A stretch of 63,380 nt of DNA from Bacteroidales bacterium UBA1182 (GCA_002310015.1 DBYQ01000058.1:1-63380), one strand, 5' to 3'; positions 15,395 to 24,329 are shown, counted from the stretch's first letter. Made by a program: numbers and translations. The notes: a model not told the origin generated them from the letters alone.

Positions 15395-15954
15395 AATTGA
15401 AAATTGAAAATTGAAAATTGAAATTTTTTATCATGAGAGACAATGTTTTACATAGTAAAAGCAGAGATTTTGCTATACGCATTATTAACTGTTACAAATA
15501 TCTGAATAGTGAAAAACAGGAATATATCATGTCTAAACAACTTCTACGTTGTGGGACAAGTATTGGAGCTAATACTATAGAAAGTAAGAACGCTCAAAGT
15601 CGTCCTGATTTTCTAAGTAAACTCAATATTGCATTGAAGGAGGCCGATGAAACCAGTTACTGGTTGGACCTCCTTCATGTTTGCAATTATATTAATGACG
15701 AATCTTTCAACTCATTAGATAAGGATTGTCGTGAAATAATCGGTTTATTAACTACAATCATCAAAAGACTAAAACAATCAACTTTCTAATTTTCAATTAA
15801 CAACTTCGTTGTTGATTTTTGTCGCGTTCAATGGTCTTTACACCCCCTTCGTTTCCCCCGTTATCGGGGGACAGAAACGGGATAGCCCAAGCGAGCTTAG
15901 TCTCTCCTCTCACTGCTCCAAAAATTTTCAATTTTCAATTTTCAATTTTCAATT
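15395..15954. mobile_element. heptamer-armed cassette H2 carrying a four-helix-bundle gene plus module B
   Basis: (TTGAAAA)x4 at 15395-15425, the CDS at 15433-15789, an internal aattttcaatt at 15788-15798, module B with an extra insert, and (TTTTCAA)x4 ending at 15954. Same layout as H1, with the ORF in place of the terminator module. Confidence 0.6.
15433..15789 (+). CDS. four-helix-bundle protein (23S rRNA intervening-sequence protein / Avd-like family)
   Basis: SRDFAIRIINCYKYL, QLLRCGTSIGANTIES and ALKEADETSYWLDLL are characteristic of the four-helix-bundle S23p family. The DNA is markedly AT-rich. Confidence 0.8.
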   Translation: MRDNVLHSKSRDFAIRIINCYKYLNSEKQEYIMSKQLLRCGTSIGANTIESKNAQSRPDFLSKLNIALKEADETSYWLDLLHVCNYINDESFNSLDKDCREIIGLLTTIIKRLKQSTF

Positions 15955-16453
15955 AGATTGAGAGGCCGAAGGTTTTCTTGATGGGACTCATCACAAACAT
16001 GGACTGGATGGAGCCGACGGTATCGGTGGTGCCAAGGACGTTCATGATGAACTCCTTGTAGGAGCGCATATCGGGACAATATACTTTGAGCAGGTAGTCA
16101 AACTCACCGGAGATGTTGTAGCACTCAGCCACCTCTTTCATATTACGCGCGGCTTCCTCAAAGGTGTAGGCGGTCTCGCGGGTCATCTCGCGGAGCTTGA
16201 CGCAGCAGAACACCACAAAGCCCAGGTTGAGCTTCTCAGGGTCAAGCACTGCTATATACTTCTTTATATAGCCTTCGCGCTCCAAACGTTTCTGACGCTC
16301 AAACACCGGAGTGGTGGAGAGGTGCACCTTGGCGGCAAGTTCCTTGGTGGTGAGGCGTGAATTATCCTGCAGGCAGGTGAGGATTTTGATGTCTGTGGCG
16401 TCCAGTTCGCCGGCTTTTGGCTCGATTAGAGTTGAAATATTCTCCTTTTCCAT
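15953..16453 (-). CDS. Lrp/AsnC family transcriptional regulator
   Basis: DATDIKILTCLQDNSRLTTKELAAKVHLSTTPVFERQKRLEREGYIKKY HTH followed by a RAM domain. ATG at 16453 chosen; the longer ORF start is implausible. Confidence 0.85.
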   Translation of the reverse strand: MEKENISTLIEPKAGELDATDIKILTCLQDNSRLTTKELAAKVHLSTTPVFERQKRLEREGYIKKYIAVLDPEKLNLGFVVFCCVKLREMTRETAYTFEEAARNMKEVAECYNISGEFDYLLKVYCPDMRSYKEFIMNVLGTTDTVGSIQSMFVMSPIKKTFGLSI

Positions 16454-16555
16454 AGTTATTGGGATGTTTTGTTGATTCTTGTTCTTGAAATTTCTGCAAA
16501 TGTAGTCAAGTTTTCCTTTGTTCCAAATTTTCTTGGTGACATTTTCTATCAGCGG

Positions 16556-16563
16556 TATCTTTG
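16556..16563 (+). promoter_or_regulatory. candidate -7 box TATCTTTG
   Basis: TAnnTTTG match 60 nt upstream of the metY ATG. Confidence 0.45.
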
Positions 16564-16622
16564 CATCGTCAAAAGAACAAAACGACAAAACTAGATTACA
16601 AACAATTAAAAAATATACAACT

Positions 16623-17909
16623 ATGGCAAACAACAAATTCCATCTTGAGACTTTAGCTCTTCATGTAGGCCAGGAACAGGCTGATCCCGCATCTGATGCA
16701 CGCGCAGTGCCTATTTATCAGACAACATCTTATGTGTTCCGTAACTCACAGCATGCAGCTGACCGTTTTGGTCTGCGTGATGCAGGTAATATCTATGGCC
16801 GTCTGACCAACTCTACGCAGGATGTGCTTGAGAAGCGTATCGCAGCCCTGGAGGGTGGTGTTGCCGCTCTGGCAGTGGCATCGGGCGCAGCAGCCGTAAC
16901 TTATGCTCTGCAGAACATTGCACAGGCTGGTGACCACATCGTAGCCGCAAACAACCTGTACGGCGGTTCTTTCAACCTTATTACACACACGCTTTCTACT
17001 CAGGGCATCACTAATACCATTGTCGATGTGAATGACCTGGAGGCTCTGGAAAAAGCCATCCAGCCCAATACCAAGGCTATTTATGCCGAGACATTCGGTA
17101 ACCCCAACAGTGATGTTACCAATCTGGATGCAATAGCAGAGATAGCTCACAAGCACGGAATAGTATTCATCGTGGATAACACATTCGCTCCCATTCTTAT
17201 CCGTCCGCTGGAGCATGGCGCTGACATCGTGGTTCATTCTGCAACCAAGTTCATCGGTGGTCATGGTTCATCACTGGGTGGTGTGATAGTGGACGGCGGT
17301 ACTTTCAACTGGAAGGCCAACCCTGACAAGTATCCTACACTGGCCAAGCCCGATCCCTCTTACCACGGCGCAGTTTTTGCCGATGTGGCCGGTGCTGCTG
17401 CATTCGTAACCCGTATCCGTGCCGTCATCCTGCGTGATACCGGTGCTGCCATCAGCCCGTTCAATGCATGGATCCTGCTGCAGGGTGTTGAGTCTCTGCC
17501 TCTGCGCATTGAGCGTCACGTGGAGAATGCACTTAAGGTGGTGAAGTATCTGGCAGGTCATCCTAAGGTAGCTAAGGTTAACCATCCTTCACTGCCGGAG
17601 CACAAGGATCACAAGTTGTATCAGAAGTATTTCCCCAACGGCGGCGGATCAATATTTACCTTTGAGATAAACGGCACGCAGGAGGATACCTGGAAGTTCA
17701 TCGATTCACTGCAGATTTTCTCACTGCTGGCCAATGTGGCTGATGTAAAGAGCCTTGTGATACATCCTTACACCACTACACACTCACAGATGACCTCCAA
17801 GGAGCTTGCCGAGCAGCATATCACTCCTACAACTGTACGTCTTTCAATCGGTGTTGAACATGTTGATGACATTATTGCTGATCTTAATCAGGCTTTTGCC
17901 AAAATATGA
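16623..17909 (+). CDS. metY: O-acetylhomoserine aminocarboxypropyltransferase / sulfhydrylase (PLP)
   Basis: LETLALHVGQ, VPIYQTTSYVF, SATKFIGGHG (PLP lysine) and RLSIGVEH. Confidence 0.85.
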   Translation: MANNKFHLETLALHVGQEQADPASDARAVPIYQTTSYVFRNSQHAADRFGLRDAGNIYGRLTNSTQDVLEKRIAALEGGVAALAVASGAAAVTYALQNIAQAGDHIVAANNLYGGSFNLITHTLSTQGITNTIVDVNDLEALEKAIQPNTKAIYAETFGNPNSDVTNLDAIAEIAHKHGIVFIVDNTFAPILIRPLEHGADIVVHSATKFIGGHGSSLGGVIVDGGTFNWKANPDKYPTLAKPDPSYHGAVFADVAGAAAFVTRIRAVILRDTGAAISPFNAWILLQGVESLPLRIERHVENALKVVKYLAGHPKVAKVNHPSLPEHKDHKLYQKYFPNGGGSIFTFEINGTQEDTWKFIDSLQIFSLLANVADVKSLVIHPYTTTHSQMTSKELAEQHITPTTVRLSIGVEHVDDIIADLNQAFAKI

Positions 17910-17939
17910 TAAAGTGTCCAAGTTGTTTTAAGTTTTAAC

Positions 17940-17947
17940 TAATTTTG
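17940..17947 (+). promoter_or_regulatory. candidate -7 box TAATTTTG
   Basis: TAnnTTTG match upstream of metA. Confidence 0.35.
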
Positions 17948-18009
17948 CCTTGTATTCACTGCCTTATTTTAAGGTGGTGAATGCTTGGTTTAATAAACAT
18001 ACTAAGAAA

Positions 18010-18927
18010 ATGCCTCTCAAACTGCCCGATAAACTGCCTGCAATAGAGATTCTTAAGGGGGAGAACATCTTTGTGATGGACACCTCAAGGGCATCGCATC
18101 AGGATATACGTCCGTTGCGTATTGTCATCTTGAACCTGATGCCCATAAAGATTACGACAGAGACAGACCTGATACGTCTGCTCTCAAATACGCCTTTGCA
18201 GATTGAGCTTAAGCTGATGAAACTGCGCAGTCATACATCGAAAAACACCCCCGTGGAGCATATGAGGGTGTTTTATCAGACGTTTGAGAGCTTACGTGAT
18301 GAGAAATTTGACGGCTTTATCATAACCGGAGCTCCGGTGGAGCATATGGAGTTTACGGATGTGGAGTACTGGAATGAGCTGACCGAGATTATGGATTGGG
18401 CCAGGACTCATGTGACATCGACCCTGTATATTTGTTGGGCCGCGCTTGCCGGACTGTATCATTTTTACGGAGTGCCCAAGTATCAGCTCAAGAACAAGAT
18501 GTTCGGTATTTTCAAGCACAATACCACCCGTGAGCCGCTGCCTATCTTCCGCGGTTTTGATGATGAGTTCTATGCTCCTCACAGCCGTCATTCTGAGCTG
18601 CGTCGTGATGATATTCTGAGCCATCCTGACCTCAAGCTGCTCTCTGAGTCCGATGAGGCCGGGGTGTTCATGGTATCGGCACGTAATGGTCGTGAGATTT
18701 TCATTACCGGTCACTTTGAGTACTCTCCTGATACTCTTGACAAGGAGTACAAGCGTGACTTGGATAAGGGGCTTCCGATAGATATTCCCAAGCACTATTA
18801 CCGGGGCGATGATCCGTCTCAGGGGCCTTTGGACCGGTGGCGGGCTCATGCCAATCTGTTCTATCAGAATTGGCTTAATTATTATGTTTATCAGGAGACT
18901 CCGTATAACCTTCAGGACATTAGGTAA
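18010..18927 (+). CDS. metA: homoserine O-acyltransferase (MetA family)
   Basis: MPLKLPDKLPAIEIL, LRIVILNLMP, FDGFIITGAPVE and ICWAA match the MetA family. Confidence 0.85.
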   Translation: MPLKLPDKLPAIEILKGENIFVMDTSRASHQDIRPLRIVILNLMPIKITTETDLIRLLSNTPLQIELKLMKLRSHTSKNTPVEHMRVFYQTFESLRDEKFDGFIITGAPVEHMEFTDVEYWNELTEIMDWARTHVTSTLYICWAALAGLYHFYGVPKYQLKNKMFGIFKHNTTREPLPIFRGFDDEFYAPHSRHSELRRDDILSHPDLKLLSESDEAGVFMVSARNGREIFITGHFEYSPDTLDKEYKRDLDKGLPIDIPKHYYRGDDPSQGPLDRWRAHANLFYQNWLNYYVYQETPYNLQDIR

Positions 18928-19100
18928 ATTGAAAATTGAGAATTGAAAATTGAGAATTGAAAATTGAAAATTGAAAATTGTAAAAAGCCTTCGAAATGGA
19001 TTTCGAAGGCTTTTTAATGTCGCGGGCTATTACGCAGATATTTGTAACGCAGGTGCTTGTTAATTTTCAATTTTCAATTTTCAATTCTCAATTTTCAATT
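18927..19100. repeat. heptamer-armed cassette H3 (module A)
   Basis: Eight TTGA(A/G)AA units at 18927-18979, a hairpin, the AATGTCGCGGG box, two ACGCAG(G/A)T boxes, and TTTTCAA/TTCTCAA units at 19062-19100. Confidence 0.9.
18982..19015. terminator. bidirectional terminator hairpin (cassette core)
   Basis: aaaaagccttcgaaatggatttcgaaggcttttt. The stem sequence differs from the other cassettes but keeps the same architecture. Confidence 0.65.
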
Positions 19101-19141
19101 TATACTTATAATTCAGTATTGATAATGCAGGGGATTGGTTG

Positions 19142-19149
19142 TAATTTTG
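19142..19149 (+). promoter_or_regulatory. candidate -7 box TAATTTTG
   Basis: TAnnTTTG match 20 nt upstream of the feoAB ATG. Confidence 0.4.
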
Positions 19150-19168
19150 CGGGCAAAATTAGCTGTTT

Positions 19169-21598
19169 ATGACTCTGAGGGAACTTAAGATAGGTGAGAG
19201 TGCTGTGATTGCCTCGGTTGGAGGTGAGGGGGCACTGAGGCAGCATTTTCTGGATATGGGGTTGCTGCCGGGCGTGGAGGTTAAGCTTTTGAAGTTTGCT
19301 CCGATGGGTGATCCGATGGAGCTTCTGGTTCGCGGATACACTCTTTCTCTCCGTCTTGAAGAAGCATCTCAAATTACAGTTGACGCACCGGATGGCAGCC
19401 AACAGCCCGAAAAAACAGTACCAAAGGGGTCTGACCCCAATGGTACTGTTTTTGAAAAAAAGGTACCATTGGGGTCAGACCCCTTTGGTACTGTTTTGGT
19501 CGATTTTGGGTATAATTTGTCTTTGCATGAGCATAACTCTCATCCGGGTTTGGGTGAGGCTGGTAAGTATCATGATGCTACTCATGAGAATGCGGTTCCT
19601 AAGGGTACGGTGTTGAGGTTTGCTTTGGCCGGTCAGCAGAATTGCGGCAAGACTACCTTGTTTAATCAGCTTACGGGTTCTAATCAGCATGTGGGTAATT
19701 TCCCGGGTGTGACTGTAGATAGAAAGGATGGGCAGATTAAGGGGCATCCGGATACTCTTGTCACAGACTTACCTGGTATATATTCTTTATCGCCTTACAC
19801 GCAGGAGGAGACGGTTTCACGCCAGTTCATTATTGAGCAGAAGCCTAACTGCATTATCAATATCGTCGATGCTACAAACATTGAACGCAACCTGTATCTG
19901 ACGGTTCAGCTCATGGAGCTGGGTGTGCCTATGGTGCTGGCTCTCAATATGATGGACGAGCTGACGGGTAATGGCGGATCGGTCCGCGTGAATGAGATGG
20001 AGCGAATCCTGGGTATTCCGGTGGTTCCGATATCGGCCGCAAAGGGCGAGGGTATCAAGGAGCTTGTGGAGCACGCCATTCATGTGGCTGAGTATCAGGA
20101 GGTTCCGGCCAGGACCGATTTCTGCACAAAGGATGATCACGGGGGTGCTGTTCACCGTTGCCTGCACAGCATAATGCATCTGGTTGAGGACCACACCGAA
20201 AGGGCTGGCATTCCGGGCCGATTCGCAGCCGGCAAGCTTGCTGAGGGCGATGCTCAAGTGCTTGAACAGCTACAACTTACACAGAACGAGAAAGAAACGA
20301 TGGAACACATAATCCTGCAGATGGAGGAGGAGCGTGGGATGGACCGCGCGGCTGCCATTGCAGATATGCGTTTCTCGTTTATTGAGCGCCTTTGCTCGCA
20401 GACGGTTGTCAAGCCGCAGAAGAGCAAAGAGTATATAAGGAGTCGCCGCATTGACCGCGTTCTGACCGGCCGATGGACAGCAATTCCAATCTTCCTGATA
20501 GTGATGTGCCTGGTGATATGGCTCTCAATCGATGTGTTGGGTGCACCGCTGCAGGATTGGCTTGACCAGCTGATTCAGGGCCTGGCAGGCATCTGTGTGG
20601 CTGGTATGGAGAAGGCCGATATTTCACCTGCAATCATATCGCTTGTTGAGGATGGCATTTTTGGCGGCGTGGGAAGCGTGCTGAGCTTTGTGCCTATCAT
20701 CATAATCCTGTTCTTCTTCCTTAGTCTGATTGAGGACAGCGGATATATGGCACGTATCGCGTTTGTGACCGATAAGCTGCTGCGTAAACTGGGTCTGTCG
20801 GGTCGTTCTATCGTGCCGTTGCTCATCGGCTTTGGCTGTTCTGTTCCGGCGGTTATGGCCACTAGAACGTTGCCATCGGCCCGTGACAGAAAGATGACCA
20901 TTCTGCTCACTCCGTTTATGAGCTGCAGCGCCAAGATTCCTATTTACGGATTCTTTACCAATGCGTTTTTCCCGGGCAAGGGCGGTCTGATTCTGGCCGG
21001 CTTGTACCTGCTGTCGATATTTGTAGGCGTGATTGTGGCGCTGGTGACCAAACTTTTCCGCAAGAATTACGTGGCTGCGCCGTTTGTGATGGAGCTGCCC
21101 AATTACCGCATGCCGGGACTCAAGAATGTGAGCCATCTGCTTTGGGACAAGACGAAGGACTTTGTGCAGAGGGCGTTCACGGTGATATTCGTGGCGACGA
21201 TCGTGATTTGGCTGCTGCAGACGTTTGATTTCCGATTCAATATGGTGGAGAACGGCGAGGGTAGCATGATGGCCTGGGTTGCTGGCGTGCTGGAGCCGCT
21301 GTTCCGTCCGCTGGGCCTTGGCGATTGGCGCATTGTTACCTCTTTTGTAAGCGGTTTCCTGGCTAAGGAGAGCGTGGTTGCTACGATGGAGGTGCTTGGC
21401 GTGACCGAGTCGCTGACTGTTATTACCGCTGTTCCGATGCTCATATTTAGCCTGCTCTACACGCCTTGCGTTGCTGCAATCAGCAGCGTTCGCCGCGAAC
21501 TTGGTGACAGGTGGGCAATCTATGTCGTAATCTTCCAGTGCGTCATCGCCTGGGTTGTGGCTTGGTTTGGTTATTTAATAGCACAGGCAGTATTATGA
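19169..21598 (+). CDS. feoB: ferrous iron transporter, FeoA-FeoB fusion
   Basis: The N-terminal FeoA domain ends ...LRLEEASQITV. FeoB G-domain LAGQQNCGKTTLFNQLTG and NFPGVTVD, followed by the polytopic membrane part. A REP doublet sits in frame in the linker. Confidence 0.9.
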   Translation: MTLRELKIGESAVIASVGGEGALRQHFLDMGLLPGVEVKLLKFAPMGDPMELLVRGYTLSLRLEEASQITVDAPDGSQQPEKTVPKGSDPNGTVFEKKVPLGSDPFGTVLVDFGYNLSLHEHNSHPGLGEAGKYHDATHENAVPKGTVLRFALAGQQNCGKTTLFNQLTGSNQHVGNFPGVTVDRKDGQIKGHPDTLVTDLPGIYSLSPYTQEETVSRQFIIEQKPNCIINIVDATNIERNLYLTVQLMELGVPMVLALNMMDELTGNGGSVRVNEMERILGIPVVPISAAKGEGIKELVEHAIHVAEYQEVPARTDFCTKDDHGGAVHRCLHSIMHLVEDHTERAGIPGRFAAGKLAEGDAQVLEQLQLTQNEKETMEHIILQMEEERGMDRAAAIADMRFSFIERLCSQTVVKPQKSKEYIRSRRIDRVLTGRWTAIPIFLIVMCLVIWLSIDVLGAPLQDWLDQLIQGLAGICVAGMEKADISPAIISLVEDGIFGGVGSVLSFVPIIIILFFFLSLIEDSGYMARIAFVTDKLLRKLGLSGRSIVPLLIGFGCSVPAVMATRTLPSARDRKMTILLTPFMSCSAKIPIYGFFTNAFFPGKGGLILAGLYLLSIFVGVIVALVTKLFRKNYVAAPFVMELPNYRMPGLKNVSHLLWDKTKDFVQRAFTVIFVATIVIWLLQTFDFRFNMVENGEGSMMAWVAGVLEPLFRPLGLGDWRIVTSFVSGFLAKESVVATMEVLGVTESLTVITAVPMLIFSLLYTPCVAAISSVRRELGDRWAIYVVIFQCVIAWVVAWFGYLIAQAVL
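19418..19491. repeat. REP doublet inside the feoAB coding sequence
   Basis: gtaccaaaggggtctgaccccaatggtac (19418-19446) and gtaccattggggtcagacccctttggtac (19463-19491). Translated as VPKGSDPNGTVFEKKVPLGSDPFGTV. Confidence 0.9.
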
Positions 21599-21732
21599 AC
21601 GCCGCAACCATAATAGCAATCATCGCCATAACAGGACTGGTCGTAGTCGCTGTCATCGGCGCAATAAACAATCGCAAGAAGGGAAACTCCTGCTGCGGCT
21701 GCTCTATGAAAGATTGCTGCAACAAGAAATGA
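21595..21732 (+). CDS. FeoB-associated Cys-rich membrane protein
   Basis: 45 aa: one TM helix, then KKGNSCCGCSMKDCCNKK. Its ATG overlaps the feoB TGA (ATGA). Its stop lies in a REP flank. Confidence 0.65.
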   Translation: MNAATIIAIIAITGLVVVAVIGAINNRKKGNSCCGCSMKDCCNKK

Positions 21733-21805
21733 TACAAAAGGGGTCAGACCCCAATTGCATCATTTTTGAAAAATAGTGCAATTGGGGTCTGACCCCTTTT
21801 GTATC
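21732..21805. repeat. REP doublet between convergent genes
   Basis: atacaaaaggggtcagaccccaattgcat (21732-21760) and gtgcaattggggtctgaccccttttgtat (21777-21805). Confidence 0.9.
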
Positions 21806-23187
21806 ATTTCTTCAACATCATCAGGATGGTAAGGGATAATATTTGCACCTAGGACGCGGTTGGCGGTGGGGGTGATTAGGATGTCGTCTTCTATTCGGAT
21901 TCCTCCGAAATCTATGTAGTTTTCTATTGCTTGGTAATTCATGAAGTCTTTGTGCATATGTTCTGCGCGCCATTTGTCTATCAGGGCGGGGATGAAGTAG
22001 ATGCCGGGCTCATCGGTTAGGACGAAGCCGGGCTGGAGGCGCTTGCCGTAGCGGAGGCAGTTGGTTCCGAACTGATTAGAGGGCTGGACTTCTTCATCAA
22101 AGCCTACGTAGTTCTGGCCCAGGGCTTCCATATCGTGTACGTCCATGCCCATCATGTGGCCAAGGCCGTGCTGCATGAAGAGGGCGTGTGCTCCGGCGGC
22201 GACGGCGTCATCAGTATTGCCGCGCATGAGGCCCAGGTCCTTGAGGCGGTCAGTCATGAGGCGGCAGACGTCCAGGTGCATGTCTAGCCATCGCATGCCG
22301 GGATGGGCTTTCTCGATGACGAGGTCATGACACGCCTCTACGATGGAGTAGATATCCAGCTGCTTGCTGGTGAACTTACCGCTGACGGGCATGGTTCGGG
22401 TGTTGTCACTGCAGTAGTTGTTGACGGTTTCGGCGCCGGCATCAACCAGGAGGAGGCGTCCAGGCTCAAGAGGCTTCATAGAGGGGCCACCATGAAAGAT
22501 CTCGCCGTGCATGGTTACTATGCTGTTGAACGATACTTTGGCTCCCTGGCCCATGGCAATGCCCTCCATAATACCTGCAATTGATTTCTCAGTCACGCCA
22601 GGGCGGCAGTGTTTCATGGCGGCGCAGTGCATCTGGTAACCTATGGCCATAGCGCGCTCAATCTCTGCAACCTCACCATCGGATTTTATGGAGCGCATGC
22701 TTACAACGGCCTTGATAAGTTCTACCGATGCGGCATCGCGGGTTTGGAGCGGGTGGATGCCTAGCATATCGGACAAGAGGATCATGTGGTCATGACGGTA
22801 GGGGGGCAGGAAGTGTATTTTACGGCCCAGGCGACGGGCATCGGCCACCAGATCCTTTAGTTTGCTGTATGGGGCACTGTTCTGTATGCCGCAATCAGCA
22901 GCCATATCTGCAACGGAGGGTACGAATCCGGTCCAGATGATATCATCGAGGTCAATATCATCACCCAGAAGCCATTCCTGACCGCTGTCGGCATCGATTA
23001 CTGCGGCAAGTGATTCGCGCTGCTGACCTGTAAAATAGAGGAATGTGCTGTCCTGACGGAAGGTGTAGGCGTTTGAGGGGTAGTTGCATGGAGCGTCATT
23101 GTTACCAAGCAGGATAATTAGGCCATTGCCAATTTTCTCTCTCAGAACGCTGCGGCGATGAGAATATGTTTTCTTATCAAATAGCAT
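21760..23187 (-). CDS. Xaa-Pro aminopeptidase (aminopeptidase P, M24B)
   Basis: HGLGHMMGMDVHD, EPGIYF and GGIRIEDD metal-ligand blocks. The C-terminal [17 protein letters not shown] is encoded by the REP doublet. Confidence 0.85.
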   Translation of the reverse strand: MLFDKKTYSHRRSVLREKIGNGLIILLGNNDAPCNYPSNAYTFRQDSTFLYFTGQQRESLAAVIDADSGQEWLLGDDIDLDDIIWTGFVPSVADMAADCGIQNSAPYSKLKDLVADARRLGRKIHFLPPYRHDHMILLSDMLGIHPLQTRDAASVELIKAVVSMRSIKSDGEVAEIERAMAIGYQMHCAAMKHCRPGVTEKSIAGIMEGIAMGQGAKVSFNSIVTMHGEIFHGGPSMKPLEPGRLLLVDAGAETVNNYCSDNTRTMPVSGKFTSKQLDIYSIVEACHDLVIEKAHPGMRWLDMHLDVCRLMTDRLKDLGLMRGNTDDAVAAGAHALFMQHGLGHMMGMDVHDMEALGQNYVGFDEEVQPSNQFGTNCLRYGKRLQPGFVLTDEPGIYFIPALIDKWRAEHMHKDFMNYQAIENYIDFGGIRIEDDILITPTANRVLGANIIPYHPDDVEEMIQKGSDPNCTIFQK

Positions 23188-23414
23188 GATGATGTGTTTT
23201 GCTTACTATTTATGGAACAAAAATAAACATATTCCAGACAGAGATTCTCAGAATCTGTTTAATTTTGTTCCGTAAAGATTATTATGGACTGTTTTTTTCT
23301 CTGTTATTATCGTTTCAGAGGGAATAATGGAGGTCCATTTTGACAGAGGAACGATGAGAACAGAGGAAAAAAGAGGCTGTAAGAAATTTATGGAAACAAA
23401 TTTAAACAGATTCT

Positions 23415-23422
23415 TAACTTTG
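23415..23422 (+). promoter_or_regulatory. candidate -7 box TAACTTTG
   Basis: TAnnTTTG match 43 nt upstream of the ATG at 23465. Confidence 0.4.
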
Positions 23423-23464
23423 CCGCGTTTTTTGAATCTTAATTACAGAAGACCATTAACAACG

Positions 23465-24223
23465 ATGATCATGAAACGGTTTATTTCAATTATGGCAATG
23501 ATGCTCCTGGCAAGCGGGATTATGTATGCCGATGAGATTTGGAGAGATGAGACGCTGAGATACGGCATGTATCTGGGTCCGATAAAGGCGGGTGAGGCCA
23601 GTCTTGCAACCAAGAACATAGAGTATAACGGTCAGAAGATGGTACAGATGGATCTGATAGCCCGTACCACAAGCGCCGTGGAGAAAATATTCAGCCTGAA
23701 CGATACCCTTACGACGATTGTAAGTCCGGCAAACTCTGCTCCGGTATATTTCCAGAAGCACTGCTTTGAGGGTGATGACATTGTGCGTGAGAAGGTGAAC
23801 TTTACCAATGAGAGTGATGGCCGATGCACAGCCGCAATGCAGAAGATTTACAAGAACGGCCGTGTGAAGGATTGTCTGGAGACCAGCGATACTCAGGTTT
23901 ATGACATGGTGAGCGTGGTGGGTTTTGCGCGTGCTATAGATGCCGGCAGCCTGTCAAAAGGCAAGCGTTTCAACTTTAAGCTGGCCGATGCCTGCGATAT
24001 CATTGACGAGGTGCTGATATATCAGGGCAAGGAGAGCCTGAAGATATCGGGCAAGAAGTATAATTGCATGGTGTTCAGGCTTGTGGAGCCTTATGAGGAT
24101 AAGGGCAAGAAGAAGGAGCGCGATATCCTGACTATTTATGTGAATGATGACAGTGAGCGCACAATTGTGCAGATGGATATTAAGTTTAAGGTTGGGTCGG
24201 CTAAGGCGAAAATTATAAGATAA
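23465..24223 (+). CDS. DUF3108-like secreted protein
   Basis: Signal peptide MIMKRFISIMAMMLLASG. The GPIKAGEASL motif and all-beta composition resemble DUF3108. Confidence 0.5.
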   Translation: MIMKRFISIMAMMLLASGIMYADEIWRDETLRYGMYLGPIKAGEASLATKNIEYNGQKMVQMDLIARTTSAVEKIFSLNDTLTTIVSPANSAPVYFQKHCFEGDDIVREKVNFTNESDGRCTAAMQKIYKNGRVKDCLETSDTQVYDMVSVVGFARAIDAGSLSKGKRFNFKLADACDIIDEVLIYQGKESLKISGKKYNCMVFRLVEPYEDKGKKKERDILTIYVNDDSERTIVQMDIKFKVGSAKAKIIR

Positions 24224-24329
24224 ATTGAAAATTTTTGGAGCAGTGAGAGCCATCAAGCTTGCTTGTTTGGCCGAGTCGCGACAAAAATCAACAACGAAGT
24301 TGTTAATTGAAAATTGAAAATTGAAAATT
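24223..24329. repeat. heptamer-flanked cassette H4 (module B only)
   Basis: aattgaaaatttttggagcagtgagagccatcaagcttgcttgtttggccgagtcgcgacaaaaatcaacaacgaagttgttaattgaaaattgaaaattgaaaatt. It is the reverse complement of the module B seen in H1. Confidence 0.9.

Noticed and set aside
15433-15789. Diversity-generating retroelement, because the four-helix-bundle protein is Avd-like
   Set aside because: No reverse transcriptase gene, no template/variable repeat pair and no target gene with a C-terminal variable region were seen within the window.
18927-19100. Possible CRISPR array, suggested by regularly spaced short repeats (also at the other heptamer loci)
   Set aside because: The period is only 7 nt and there are no spacers. 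The arrays are inverted around a hairpin module, and no cas genes are present. This is a tandem heptamer, not a CRISPR.
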